Shown piece by piece: positions 28,848 to 42,000 of a stretch of DNA of 64,000 nucleotides; within the stretch, counting starts at the first letter, position 1; each line of letters opens with the position of its first letter. A model generated the notes under the pieces. The model did no database searches and was not told the origin of the DNA. It saw only the letters and a list, made by a program, of their open reading frames with translations. The position numbers and the translations under genes are program-made. This stretch comes from Dimorphilus gyrociliatus (lineage: Eukaryota; Animalia; Annelida), in contig CAJFCJ010000016.1 in assembly GCA_904063045.1 (NCBI GenBank), positions 868,001 through 932,000 of the forward strand, in the 5' to 3' direction.

Positions 28848-30201
28848 TCACAAGCGAACGAAATTCCATAAAATACTCGAAAATGCTAAAGTCAATAATG
28901 AGAATTGTTGAGCAACTCCACTCGAGTATATAGCGTATACTGTTGAAGACACTGGAACGACTTGGTCATTGCAGTTGTTGCCAGAACAACAGAAGATGCA
29001 TGTATCATTTAATGATTTCATCCAGACGAGCACTTCGTTTCTACCTTCTTTGCTATTTTAGAAACAATACATATGTATATATACAGTATCTATACTTATA
29101 CTTAATATTAATAAATGATTAAAGATATCAGAAGGATTTTCTTCCCGCAACTATCTTCCCCTCCTCCTCTTTCCCAGCTCATGCAATTCGTTCTTTTCAT
29201 ATATAAATCACATATAAATAATTAATATTCACAAACCTTTCATAATCCGATAAAAGCCATTTTAAAGATTGACATGATGGATTCTCTTGTGTTTTCAAGT
29301 CAACAGTACAAATACTATTTGTTGAACATCTTTTTTTTATAAAATTAAAAACAATTGAACGTTTTTTAATTAGTTAAAATATACAAGTAAATTTTCCTTA
29401 CTCTTTCTTAACAGTTAATGTATTGCCCCCCTCGTATGTGTATTTACACATTCCATTACATTGTGTAACCTCTCCTTGACAATCTATATTCGTTGGATTT
29501 GCTTCCGATAGAGGAGTTTTCTTCTCACACGACATGCAGCCTTCAACTAATAAATTCATTTTTATTAACAAATCCGTTTGCTAATCCCTTTTTCCCTATT
29601 TTTTTTTATGTAAACATATTTAGATTACCTGGGCATCGCTTTGTTGAACAATAAATAGATTCCGTCTCTGCTGAGTTTCCAGTTGAAGGTGTATTGCATT
29701 TTCTAGATCTGGATTTTTTCCCTTTACCGCACGTAGCGCTACACTCTGACCATTCTGACCAATTAGTACAGTTCTTTTGACTTTCAATTTCTTTGCAGGC
29801 CTTATTTTCGCATAGTTGTTTCTTATGAGTAATTCCTGTACAACCTTCACCTCCATATTGAGGGGGTGGAGAGTCGCAATATCTAGTCATATTCGCCTTA
29901 TGAGGTCCACATCCCGTACCGCAAGACGATACAGGTTGCCAATTGCCCCATTGACCGTTAATTGGGGGACACTGCGTGAGGACGCATTCTTCCAGATCCA
30001 ACGATTTTCCAGGACAATATCCTTCGCCAAGAACGTCAAACATAGGCTTACAATCTCTGGTACGCTTCTTGAATCCTATACCGCACGACTTTGAACAATT
30101 AGTAAATGTACTCCATTCGGTCCAAACACCGGGATTACCAATATCTGAATGAAAATATAAACACACTTTCAAAATATTCCACTTTAAAGAATAGCGGAGC
30201 G

Positions 30202-30240
<39 letters not shown>

Positions 30241-33200
30241 GAGAAAGAGTGAAAGAGAAGGAGAAAGAAGTGACAGAAGTGAAAAAAGGGAATCAAATAG
30301 GAATCTAACACTCTTCGCAATTATCTCCTCCAAAACCAGGTGGACAAATACATTCATAGCTATTCACTTTATCTTTGCATTCGCCGCTATTTTCACAAGG
30401 ACTGCTGAAACATTCATCAATTTCTGAAAAAGTATTTATTTACATTTTAGATTAAAATGCTTGAAAAGAGGATAATGATGATTTTTTATTTATGTTTTCT
30501 TTATAACCTGTATCACAATGAATTCCTGAATAGCCTGGAAAACATCTACAGGTATAAAATCCTTCGAAATCTTCGCAAGTACCACCATTTTTACAAGGGA
30601 AAGATGCACATTCCTTCAGTTCTGTTTATTTAGAATAAGTTAATCATCGAATAATTTGTGTTAATTTAGTAAATTGATTAAACAACCTTTTGAACAGTCA
30701 TCTCCACCGTATCCAAGAGGGCATTCACACTTGAATTCATTGACTTTATCGAGACAAGTTGCACCGGAAGCGCACGGCCCGCTGCTACATTCGTTAATAT
30801 CTATTTGATTTTGAAATAATTTAAAATTAAATTGAATTGTTTTTACAATAAATAGAAAGGTTAATTGTATTGTTTTATACCAGTTTCGCAGCTTGACCCA
30901 GTATACCCCGATGGGCATATACAAGTGAAAGTGTCGATGCCATCTACACATGTTGCGCCATTTTTGCAAGATGTATCCTCGCAATCTTCGTTATCTAATT
31001 TGTTAAGTAAAATGAAAAGATATGAATAATAGGCAGATAATTAATAATATCTTGAGTTTGGGAAAAGAAAACAATACTTACTAATACTGCAAATATATCC
31101 CGAAAAACCTGCTAAACAATCGCAGGAAAATGAATTAATGTGGTCATTGCATGTACCGTGATGACAAGGTTCCGAGTTACATTCATCCAATTCCGTTTTA
31201 CAATTAGCATCAGTATAACCGGGTTGACAACTACAAGTATACGAATTTAGTAAATCCGTACATTCACCTCCATTATCACAAGGGTTTGGGATACATTCGT
31301 TGATTTCCGTTTCACAATGTGTTCCTGTATATCCAGGTGTACACTGACACGTGTACAAATCAAAGTTACTTATACAAGTAGCATTATTATGACAAGGTTT
31401 TTCATCGCAAATATCTGTGTTAAGTTGTATGATAATACGTTTAAATCTCTTATTTTTTCAGTAGTATTAATAGAAGATAAATAGTACTTATATCTCTTTC
31501 GCAAATAAACTTGTAATATCCTTCGCAATGACTTCTCGACAAGGAAAAGTGGTAATGTTTTCCCTATTTGATTAAAAGAGATATAGAGGTATTCTTTAAA
31601 AGTTCCTATTTAGAATGTGACTACTAACAAACTCTTGGAAATATGGATCCCATGTTGTGAATGTATGGCAACTTAAGCCGGTTGAATTATCTAAAATCAA
31701 TAAAGTATTAATAGAGTTTTACACGGTTCTTGTTTCATTTTTAAAAGTTTTTTACCTTCTCCTTTTACTCTGGATACCTTGAATTTTGAACTTTTCGCGC
31801 ACCATTCGTTAATCCCTTCCCTACAATCATCGGTGCAACCAAATCTATTCGGTCCACCGAACGAATAGCCGTCGGAACAACCGCAATAGCCGGAAGACTG
31901 CAAACAATAATTAATATTTATAATAAAATGAGGATATTTAAAAAAGTTATTCATTATTTACGTATTGGTGAGCGTACGTATGGTTGGGAAAATTGAATTT
32001 ACAGAAGGCTATACATTCATCCATGCTTGTCTTGTAATTAGCATTATAAATATCCAACTATAAAAAATTGAGAATGAAGAGGATTACTTAAGAAATTAAT
32101 TAATTAATAAATAATAAAGACACTAACCAGATTAGTCAAACCACTAGCTACTACCGATTGATCAATGTATAGTTCTTTATAAATAACATAAGGTGGATTA
32201 TTATTCTCATTCATACAACCGAGGTAACCATCTTCAAATCTATCAAACGAGTGCTCTAAGTAACAATAAAAAAAGGTCAGAATATAATGAATTAAAGAAT
32301 GCTTTGATCAATAACATTAAAGATAACTTACCAATGAAATTAAAGTTGATTTGTACTACTGGAAAAATTCCAGTTTCTGGACACATTTTGTCTGCAACAA
32401 AACATTCGGAGATATCAGGCATATATGTCCAACTCATTAAATATAAATGTTTCCTCTCCATGACGTAATTCGAACACTCTTCGAATGTAAAGCCAGTTTT
32501 TAGAACAAATGTCGAACTATCGCATACTCCTTTGCGCATTGTAAACCTATAGATGCTTTCTGACCATTCGAAGTAATAGGTGAGTGGCGATGGGATCAAT
32601 GTAGTACATTCTGCATTCTTTAATATGCAGTCTCCGTTGATCATATCAGTTGTATTGTAAACGAAACCGGTACATTGGTCATTGTTTGAACAAAGAGTTT
32701 CGCAATCAAATATTGGTGTTGCACTATGAGTAACTAAATCATTACCAATGCAATTTCCACTTTCCATAATTAAACCTTTTACTATAAATAAGCAAGAATA
32801 GAGATAAAGGATACAGATGGACGAATGAAATGGAAATATATATTAAAAGTAGATAATAGGTTATATTTACATCTTTTTCCCAGAACTCCTATTCTTTTCA
32901 AACCATTAGCGTCTTTCTCGTAATAAGAATTGAATGTTATATTTATATATGTGGCATTCAGAGGCTCAAAAGTTAGATAATCCCAACTTTTACCAGAATT
33001 ATCCGCATTATTCGTTCCTGCTCGTCTAACCAGAGTGAAATGTTTGAGGCGATTATTTCCAAAATCTATAGTAATATCTTTCCAAGATGAAAATCTTCCA
33101 TACAATTGCATTATATCTATACGAAAAACTTCAATTTCGTAACGAAATGTTATTTTAAACCACGCCCCTTCTCCTTCATCATTGCTTCTCCACTCTTTGA

Positions 33201-34973
33201 AGGGATCATCTTCAAAAGCATTTTCGCATAAATGATCACCTGGTAAAGTTGATGAAGCTTGGCATGTTGATTCTTTTACAATATCTGGAGCATAGCCGTC
33301 TAAACTGGGAACTTTGTATAAATCATTCAAATTATTTGTGCTATGACCACTTAAAATGGGATAATCAATCTGTTTATCTCGAAAAAAGTAGTCTTGGATA
33401 AAATCGTATTCCTCTTTCGTCTCTAGCGTAAGCAAATGACCGTTGAAATACGTTGAACATATATTTTCAGCTTCCGAATGCATAACTGATGTTTCGAATA
33501 GTTTATACTTTCCAACTTCACTTGTAAAAATTTGAACTTCGCATAAAATTAATATGGCGTCAGGCTTTCTTAAACCAATTATCGGATATCTTCCTGACAA
33601 AGGATTTTGACAATTGAACGATAAAAGTGTGTGACCTATAAAAATTGAATAATGAACACTTTTTGAATAAAAATAAAAGTAACGAAAATGGAAAACGAAC
33701 TAATCGTGTCAAAACTTCTGCATTCGTTAATATCATCAAGAGAAGTACCAGCCGAAGGACTGGTTTTCAACACTCCAGCTACCAGTTTATCATAGTCCGA
33801 TACTAAAACAATGAAAACATGTGTATAATGCAAAATCTATACAATAATCCATTGATTACTTACAACAACATTCATCTCTAAGTATTATTAGGAATTCATC
33901 AATTTCGTAATACTTTCCTAAATCAACTACCCACCAAGGATTCTTTATAAAACACGTATAAAAAAGTTTTATTAACTTTAAGAGTTGATGAATTCTATAA
34001 AAGAACTAACCGTTTCTTTTTCGGTCATTGAACATTCACCTTTCAATATAAAGTTGGTTAATGTTGCCTTACCATCATTAGCAAGGCTCGCAGAGTAAGT
34101 TTTACGAGTACTACTCTGAATTGTTGGTTTATTAACCAAAAAATCTGATACAAAACCGAATTTATCTAATGTTACTGCTCCAGCAGTTATGATAAGAGCA
34201 TCTTCCTTTGAACAAGACGCATTCCTAGGTAAACAATAATCACCAAATTTATAACTGACTGATACACAGCTTTCACTGTCATCGCAAGCAGCTATGCAAT
34301 CGGCCAATGTAAGAGAATCTTGATTTGGAATATCTACTTCAGATATTCTATTTTCATCGGGGCAATACACCGACCTTCTTAACTTAAAGGCGGGGCTGTC
34401 AATACATGCAATTTTCAGGTCCGAATTGAACGAGTACTGTTAGGAATTTAGCCAAAATCATGGTAAGTATTAAATACATCTTTATGGTCTATATAACGTA
34501 AAAGTATTACATATCCATTGACTTCGGAGACTGTTAAGCCAACAGGAGAAGCGGGCCCTGAAGTTATTCTCGCGTAAGCATTGCTAATTGAACTGCTACC
34601 AAGTACAGAACCAAAGTACCAATAAACACCATTTCTCCTGTAAACGATGAAGAACGTAAGAGCTATTATCTTTCGTCTACTAACAGATAAAAGATGTAAT
34701 TTAACTTGCCTGTAGAGGTAGACAGTACCCTTATCAGATTTATAAAGTTTAGTTTGATCATATTCTCCTACTCTAACAAATCTTCCATTGAATGGAGTAA
34801 GTTTATACTTGGCTCCTGATATAAAGAGTTCATCGCACCCTAAACATAAATTGAATTGGTAGTATAGTTAAAGTAATCTTAATATTATTAATAACAATGA
34901 CAAACTAGTTTAACTTACCTTTATTCAATTGGAAATATGCTAAATACAAAGTTAAGAAATAGTAAAGTTTCAT
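28848..34973 (-). CDS. Mosaic cell-surface protein, paralogue A (multi-exon): signal peptide - unassigned N-domain - PAN/apple - F-type lectin - C-type lectin N-half - F5/8 (discoidin-like) - 2xPAN - WSC - C-type lectin C-half - 7xEGF - 3xTSP1 - Ly6/uPAR - GPI-like tail
   Basis: Starts [18 protein letters not shown]|. Motifs include [16 protein letters not shown] (PAN), KPTIQSS...ANDG...CSMT...NPWWVVDLG...RDECC (FTL), AENIC...[10 protein letters not shown] (CTL), CQASS...AWFKITF (F5/8), GCMNE...CIAFC...YCGC (WSC), cbEGF DINECxxxPC repeats, WxxWSxxxxCSKSCG TSP1 repeats, CCSGNNCN (LU), then a hydrophobic C-terminus. Exons are colinear with paralogue B. Confidence 0.88.
29830..30366. repeat. Copy 1 of a 537-bp near-identical segment shared with 37042-37578
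   Basis: Direct comparison at offset 7212 shows one mismatch (29897 c vs 37109 t, synonymous). The segment includes an intron of about 165 nt with an (AG)15 tract of identical length. Confidence 0.93.
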
Positions 34974-36173
34974 TCTAATTGAAAAAATTCACTTTTTATT
35001 CTATAAAACTAAAACGCTGAACGAAAGAGTTCAGTATGCCAAAAATCTTTCAAAAATGTTCATTTAAACAAGTGTAAATAGTTGGAAAATTGAAATATAT
35101 CAAATGACCAATTAACAACTTTCCTGGTCAATATTTTGAAATTATGTTGCAAATAATTAAGTAGAAAATGAAAGGTTATAGCCTAAATTCCTATCAAAAG
35201 CCCTGATCAGTTTGTTTCACAATATAGAAGAATAAGAATGCGCTAAGTAAACAAATAATACCAATACTTATACTGCGGATTGGCTGGCTGAAGTTAGACA
35301 GTCACCTCAACCAATTTGATAGTTTACGTTTACTTCGTATCCCATAAAAAAGAGATTATGGTTAAGGTTAAGGTTAAAACTGTTGTTAATTTTAATTCGA
35401 TAAATTAACTACAGCAGCCGGTTAATAACCGTTGTAATAAAACACAAGAATATTTATTTTGAGAGGGGAGGAGATTTTATTGAAAACTGATTCCCATTCT
35501 TTCTTATTAGGACAAAGCAAACTTAGTTATGTTTCTTTTTTGTTTTTAACGACCATTGTAGCTTTCTTCATAAGCACGCAGTAGGTTATTAGGTAGGTTT
35601 TTAAAAATAGATTTTGTTTCGGATAGATTTACAAAAAATATAATAACCATGAACGTAATAGAGAATGTTAGCGATGGCGATTAGATATTTTACGAATAAA
35701 CCATTCGTATGTTGATTTATAGAATCTAGAAGAAATCTAAAATAGATGAGCGACCTACTGTTACCAAAAAAAATTATCAATAATCCTATTTAGCTATTTA
35801 TATATTATATGCAATAGGATATTTTAAGACTCTAATCATAATCAATGACTAAGGTTCATTATATAAATGTTTTTGTTAATTAGCAGTAAGCTAAAATCTA
35901 AGGATAAAGACTAAAATTTTATTTCTTCTTCAAGTATTTCTTCTTGCATACGGTTTAGGAGAGAAAGAGAGGAGGAGAGAGATTAATAGACAAATAAAAC
36001 AAAATGTTATACAATTTCAATACATATTTCGTCAAATTCAATAAAATGTGTCATATTTTTTGCTTTCTCTTTCAAGTATATAGAAGAGAGTCTTAGAAAC
36101 ATGAATACAATGTTAAATGTCATAAAAGTTATGCCTTCCAATTCTTCTTCTTATCTGCATGTCTTTCATTCTT

Positions 36174-37413
36174 TTATGATAAAATGTAAAAAGTTATCGT
36201 CAGTAGCGAAACTAATATATTCATATTGAAGTAGTTTCTTTCCCCGTAGTTCAAGTTCAATTGAAATACACTAAACGAAGGAGGAAGCAAATTTGAATTG
36301 CAGTTACTTCCGTCGCAACAATAAATGCAAGTATCGTTGAGCTGTTTCCACCAAACCAACATTTCGATATTATCGCCTTCACTGTTAAATGATTAGAGAA
36401 ATAGTTATCAGCTTAATTAATCCACATAATATAGATTTAGATTCTTTTATACCCTTCATAATCCGATAATAGCCATTTTAGAGAGGTACATTTCGGATTA
36501 TCTTGAGTAGCTAATCCTGCTGTACATTCTTGTTTTGTTGAACATCTAAGGAGTTTTGAAAAGATTCCGTTAGAAATTGTAAAGTATTGATATATTTTCA
36601 AAAACTGACTCTTTTTTTATACTTAATGTACTTCCTCCATTGTATGTATACTTGCACAATCCGCTACAAGGTGAGCTTTGTCCAATACAATTCGCATCCG
36701 CTAAAGAGGATAAAGATCCCGGAGAACTTTTATCACAAATACGGCATGTTTTTTCCGAGGCTAGAAAGATATCTTTCTTATGAATGCTGAACAAAAAATT
36801 ACGAATTGCTTAACTATACCTGGACAATCATTCTGAAAGCAACGAACTTTTTGAATATCTAAACTATCATCGGACAATGTACTATTACTATTGGTAGATA
36901 CTATTCTACATTTTCGACCTCTAGATTTCACCCCTTCGCCACAAGTGGCTGTGCACTCTGACCATGCTGACCAATTAGTACAATTCTTTTGACTTTCAAT
37001 TTCTTCGCAGGCCTTATTTTCGCATAATTGCTCTTTATGAATAATTCCTGTACAACCTTCACCTCCATATTGAGGGGGTGGAGAGTCGCAATATCTAGTC
37101 ATATTCGCTTTATGAGGTCCACATCCCGTACCGCAAGACGATACAGGTTGCCAATTGCCCCATTGACCGTTAATTGGGGGACACTGCGTGAGGACGCATT
37201 CTTCCAGATCCAACGATTTTCCAGGACAATATCCTTCGCCAAGAACGTCAAACATAGGCTTACAATCTCTGGTACGCTTCTTGAATCCTATACCGCACGA
37301 CTTTGAACAATTAGTAAATGTACTCCATTCGGTCCAAACACCGGGATTACCAATATCTGAATGAAAATATAAACACACTTTCAAAATATTCCACTTTAAA
37401 GAATAGCGGAGCG

Positions 37414-37452
<39 letters not shown>

Positions 37453-39013
37453 GAGAAAGAGTGAAAGAGAAGGAGAAAGAAGTGACAGAAGTGAAAAAAG
37501 GGAATCAAATAGGAATCTAACACTCTTCGCAATTATCTCCTCCAAAACCAGGTGGACAAATACATTCATAGCTATTCATTTTATCTTCGCAATCCGCACT
37601 ATTTTCGCATGGATTACTTAAGCATTCATTAATTTCTATTCAAAAAGAGGGATTATAAACTGAAGATTTATTATAAAATAATTATGTTAACTACCTTCTT
37701 CGCAGAGTACACCTGTATATCCAGGAAAACATCTGCAAGTATAGAAACCGTCAAAGTCGTTGCAAGTCGCTCCATTCTTGCAAGGAAAAGAGGCGCATTC
37801 TTTTAATTCTGGACAAATATAAATGTAATTATAGTTAATTAAGATTGGCGAGAGATTAGATAGAATAGAGTACCTATTGAACAGTCATCACCCCCAAAGC
37901 CTGCAACGCATTTGCATGAATATTTACCAACTTCGTTGATACAGGTTGAACCAGCAACGCAAGGCGAACTATCGCATTCATTAATATCTATAGTAGTGTA
38001 ATAAATAGCAAAATAACAAGTATAGATTACGTGAACTTTGTTAAGAATAAAATGTGCTAAATCACACCTTCTTGGCATTTTTCTCCAGTAAATCCAATAG
38101 CGCAATTGCAGGAAAAACTATCAACTCCATCCTGACAAGTTGCACCATTTAAGCAATCTGAATCCTGACAATCGTCATTATCTGAAATGTTATTAAATGT
38201 AGTGAATATATGAAAACCCTAATTTTTTTAATAAAAAAAATGTAATTAGTTAATAATTTAATAATAATAAAATTTAATATACTTATGTTACAGACAAGCC
38301 CCGAATATCCTATTTGGCATTGACAACTGAAAGAATTAATATGATCTTGACAAGCTCCAAAAAAGCACGGTTGACTGGAACATTCGTCCAATTCTTCTGT
38401 GCAGGTATCGCCAGTATATCCATTTGCACAAGAACATACGTACTTATTACTTAAATCTGTACAATTGGCGCCATTTTTGCAAGGATTCGATTGACATTCG
38501 TTAATGTCTATCTCACAATTTATACCAGAATATCCACTTTTACATTTGCATTCATAATTATCAAAGTTTTCGAGACAATCGCCATCGTTTTGGCATGGAT
38601 TACTTTCGCATAATTCTGTAACGAAAAGAATAAATAAACAAATAGAATATATAGAAAGATAATAGAAAACAATTAGTGGATTAATAAGGATAAAGATAAG
38701 AAGGAAAAGGTAAAAAAAAGACTATTTACGGCTATCTCTTTCGCAGATAAAGTTATAATATCCTTCGCAATGAGTTAGTTGTTGAACCATAAAAGAATCT
38801 TCAAATTGCTATTTAATATAATAATAATTACTATGAAATGCATGTTGTATGTATAATATATCGTTTAAAAAAGCATTAGCTTTTAATAGTCATACTTCCC
38901 ACTTACTTTATTTAAATAGACATCCCACGTTGTTAATATCATACACCTCGGTCCATTAAGATTAGCTATTTTTATATAAAATGAATACAAACATTGTAAC
39001 ATGTATATACAGT

Positions 39014-39051
<38 letters not shown>

Positions 39052-42000
39052 TAATCTATTTATATATATATATTGTATACTAATTAACTTACTTCCATTT
39101 ATAGCTACACATAAAAACTCTGAATCTTCTGCGCAGAATTCGTCAATTCCATCTCCACAATCTCCCAAGCAACCCTGGCTTTTAAAACCTCCCCAGCCAT
39201 AGAACTGAGAACAACCACACTGTCCATTGGGCTAATATTAGAGGGAGTAAAAGGTCTTTAAACGAATTATTCATTCTAAATATAAAAGTAACTTTACATA
39301 TTGATGAACGTATTTTAGATGTGGAAAATTTTCCATACACATTGCTCTACAATCGTCTATTGTTGTTATATAACCACTGTTGTATAATGACGTCTATTTG
39401 ATATGACATAATTAGTTAATTAGCTAATTTATGTATAAATATTAAGAATCTACCATGGATTGTGGTCCATTTGAGAATAATCCTGGATGGAGGTATAACT
39501 CTTTGTAAACTTGGTAAGGACTAGACGACGGCTCATTCATACAACCAATATCTTCGTCTTTAAAACGAATGTACGATTGAACTGGATTGAAGAGAGAAAG
39601 TATAAAAATTAACTAGTGGAAACTATTCAAAATCCAAAGGACAAATGTACGACTTGACGATACTAACCTACAAAATTAAAGTTATACTGAGGACTGAGCG
39701 GTTTCGCAACGGAAAAACAATATAATGGAGCTATTTGGCAAAGTCCGGAAATTGGATTAAACGACCATGATTGAAAAAAGGATGTTTTTCTTTTTAATGC
39801 GAAATTCATACAGCTTTCAAAAGTATTTAGATGATTATAAGGCTTTCCTGCACAAGTTCCCGCTCTTATAGTAAAGCCATAAATATCGGTTGACCATTGA
39901 AATATATAGCTATCATTCGCCGGAACTATCGTTGTACATTCGGCATTTTTCAATTCACAACTAAGAAACGTGCTGTTAAATTTAAAACCAGTGCATTGAT
40001 TATCATTGGCGCATAAAGTTTCGCAATCGTGTAAATCTGTATTATCATGACTTGATAAAACATTTCCCAAGCAATCTCCAGCATTAAAATTCAATCCTCT
40101 CCCTATATTTAGTATAGAATACAAGAAATATTAATACTAGTACATAAAGTATCAATACAGTATTACTTCTCCTTCCTAGAACTTGAATTTTTTTGAGACC
40201 GTTATAATCCTTTCCATAGTAAGAGTCAAAGGTTATCTTTATCCAGCTAGCATTTACGGGGGCTGTTATCAAGTCGTCCCAATCTTTACCTGCCGGATCG
40301 ACAGCATTCAACGCGGCTCTCTTCTTTAGAGTAAAAGTGGCGTTTAATTGATCTCCGTATTGTATGGTTATATTCTTCCAAGAGGAATATCCACTATACA
40401 ATTGCATAATTCTTATGCGACCAACCTCAACTTCGTATCGAAAGTTGATTTTATACCACGCTCCAACTCCTTCGTCATCAGTTTGCCAATCTTGGGTCAA
40501 ATCGTCATCAAGAGCCTGAGTGCAATCAGTAGACGGATCTCTTTGGGATGATGCTTCACATGTCGATTCCTGAGTGATTTCCGGTACATAGTCTGCAGAA
40601 ATAACATGTATATGTAATACAGAGTACATGCTCCCTAATAAAACAACACATTATTTCTGCTATATAAGTACTTTTAACCTTCTACGGCTAATTGTTGTTT
40701 TCATCCTACTATACATCATATTAGCAACTAGTTTATAAGGTGCTGTTGATAGTGTTTATAAATAACTATGACGTAGTATCTTGTTTGTTTAATGGTTGTT
40801 AAAAAAAGATACTGCATCATCAGTTATGTTTTATATTTTCATTATTTTAATAGTGAAGTAAATATTATAAATTGCATATACCGTCAGGTTGATTAAAGCC
40901 GTAGTAATTGTGATAGTTCCATCTATTATGACCAAAATGGAACGCTCCGTCAGTACTACTTTTATTGAATTTATTACGAAGATATCGATATTCCTCTTCA
41001 GTTTCAATAAATAATAAATCGCCTTCGTATCTATTTTTGCAGTATTTTTGAGCTGATTCCCTTGTTAAATAAAGATTTGTATTTATTTTATATCTTCCAA
41101 AAGGTTTAGCAAAAACTTGAATTTCGCATAAAACCAATGAAACGTCCGCTTGTTCTACACCAACCATAAAATATCTTGTTGCTATTTCAGGTGAGCACGT
41201 CATCCAATTGACATTTGATTCTTCAATTAAAAACGCGTTAAATCAATAATTATATAAATATTTACGTCATAAAGATTTTAATAACGAAAAGGGGAAGAGG
41301 AGGAAGAGGAGGAGGAAGAGGAAAGATGCTAAACGTAAAAGAATCATTTGAAGAGTGGTTAGGGTTGGGGAAATATTTTCTAATCAATACATAACTAATT
41401 ATTACTAGTTGTTACTTTAATTAGTTTTCTTCGTAGAATCTTCGTAGAATTGATCTTGATATAATTAATAATGTCAAGTCTAATGAGACGAGATGATCTA
41501 TACTTCGAAAGGCTAATACTCTATTTCTTTAAATGTAAATATATTACTATTCTATTCTATACTATTCCTTTCTTTCTTTCTCTCTTCCTTCCTTCCCTCT
41601 TTCTCTTTCTCCTTTTCTTTGCTTGTAATTATCTCTTCTCTCTTCCTCTTCAATTTTTTTTCCAAGTTAGAATTAAAATAGTACTATAAGGTTTATAATT
41701 AAGAGGCCTATTGCTATAGTTCGACTTTTCAATATCTTACTTTGCATATTTCAATAGGCAAAAGAAGAATTTTTGTAAATTATTACTTAACAATCGCTCA
41801 CCTAGAGTTGAAATAGTAGCGCACTTTGTTATATTGTCCAAATGCATTGGTACAGAAGAATTAAAACGATTTCCGCCAATGTATAAATTCTTCATACTGT
41901 TTACTGTCAAAAATAGAAAGGTCAACATTTTAACAATAAATTGCCTGTTTAATACTTACGACAGCAGTCTGTTCTTAGAACTATTAGTGCGCTATTTATT

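Noticed and set aside
28500-28860. Stop codon of paralogue A overlaps a GTGAG donor that could splice to a short basic tail (GPI-to-transmembrane switch)
   Set aside because: The hydrophobic stretch is short for a TM helix, the acceptor is ordinary AT-rich sequence, and paralogue B has no equivalent.
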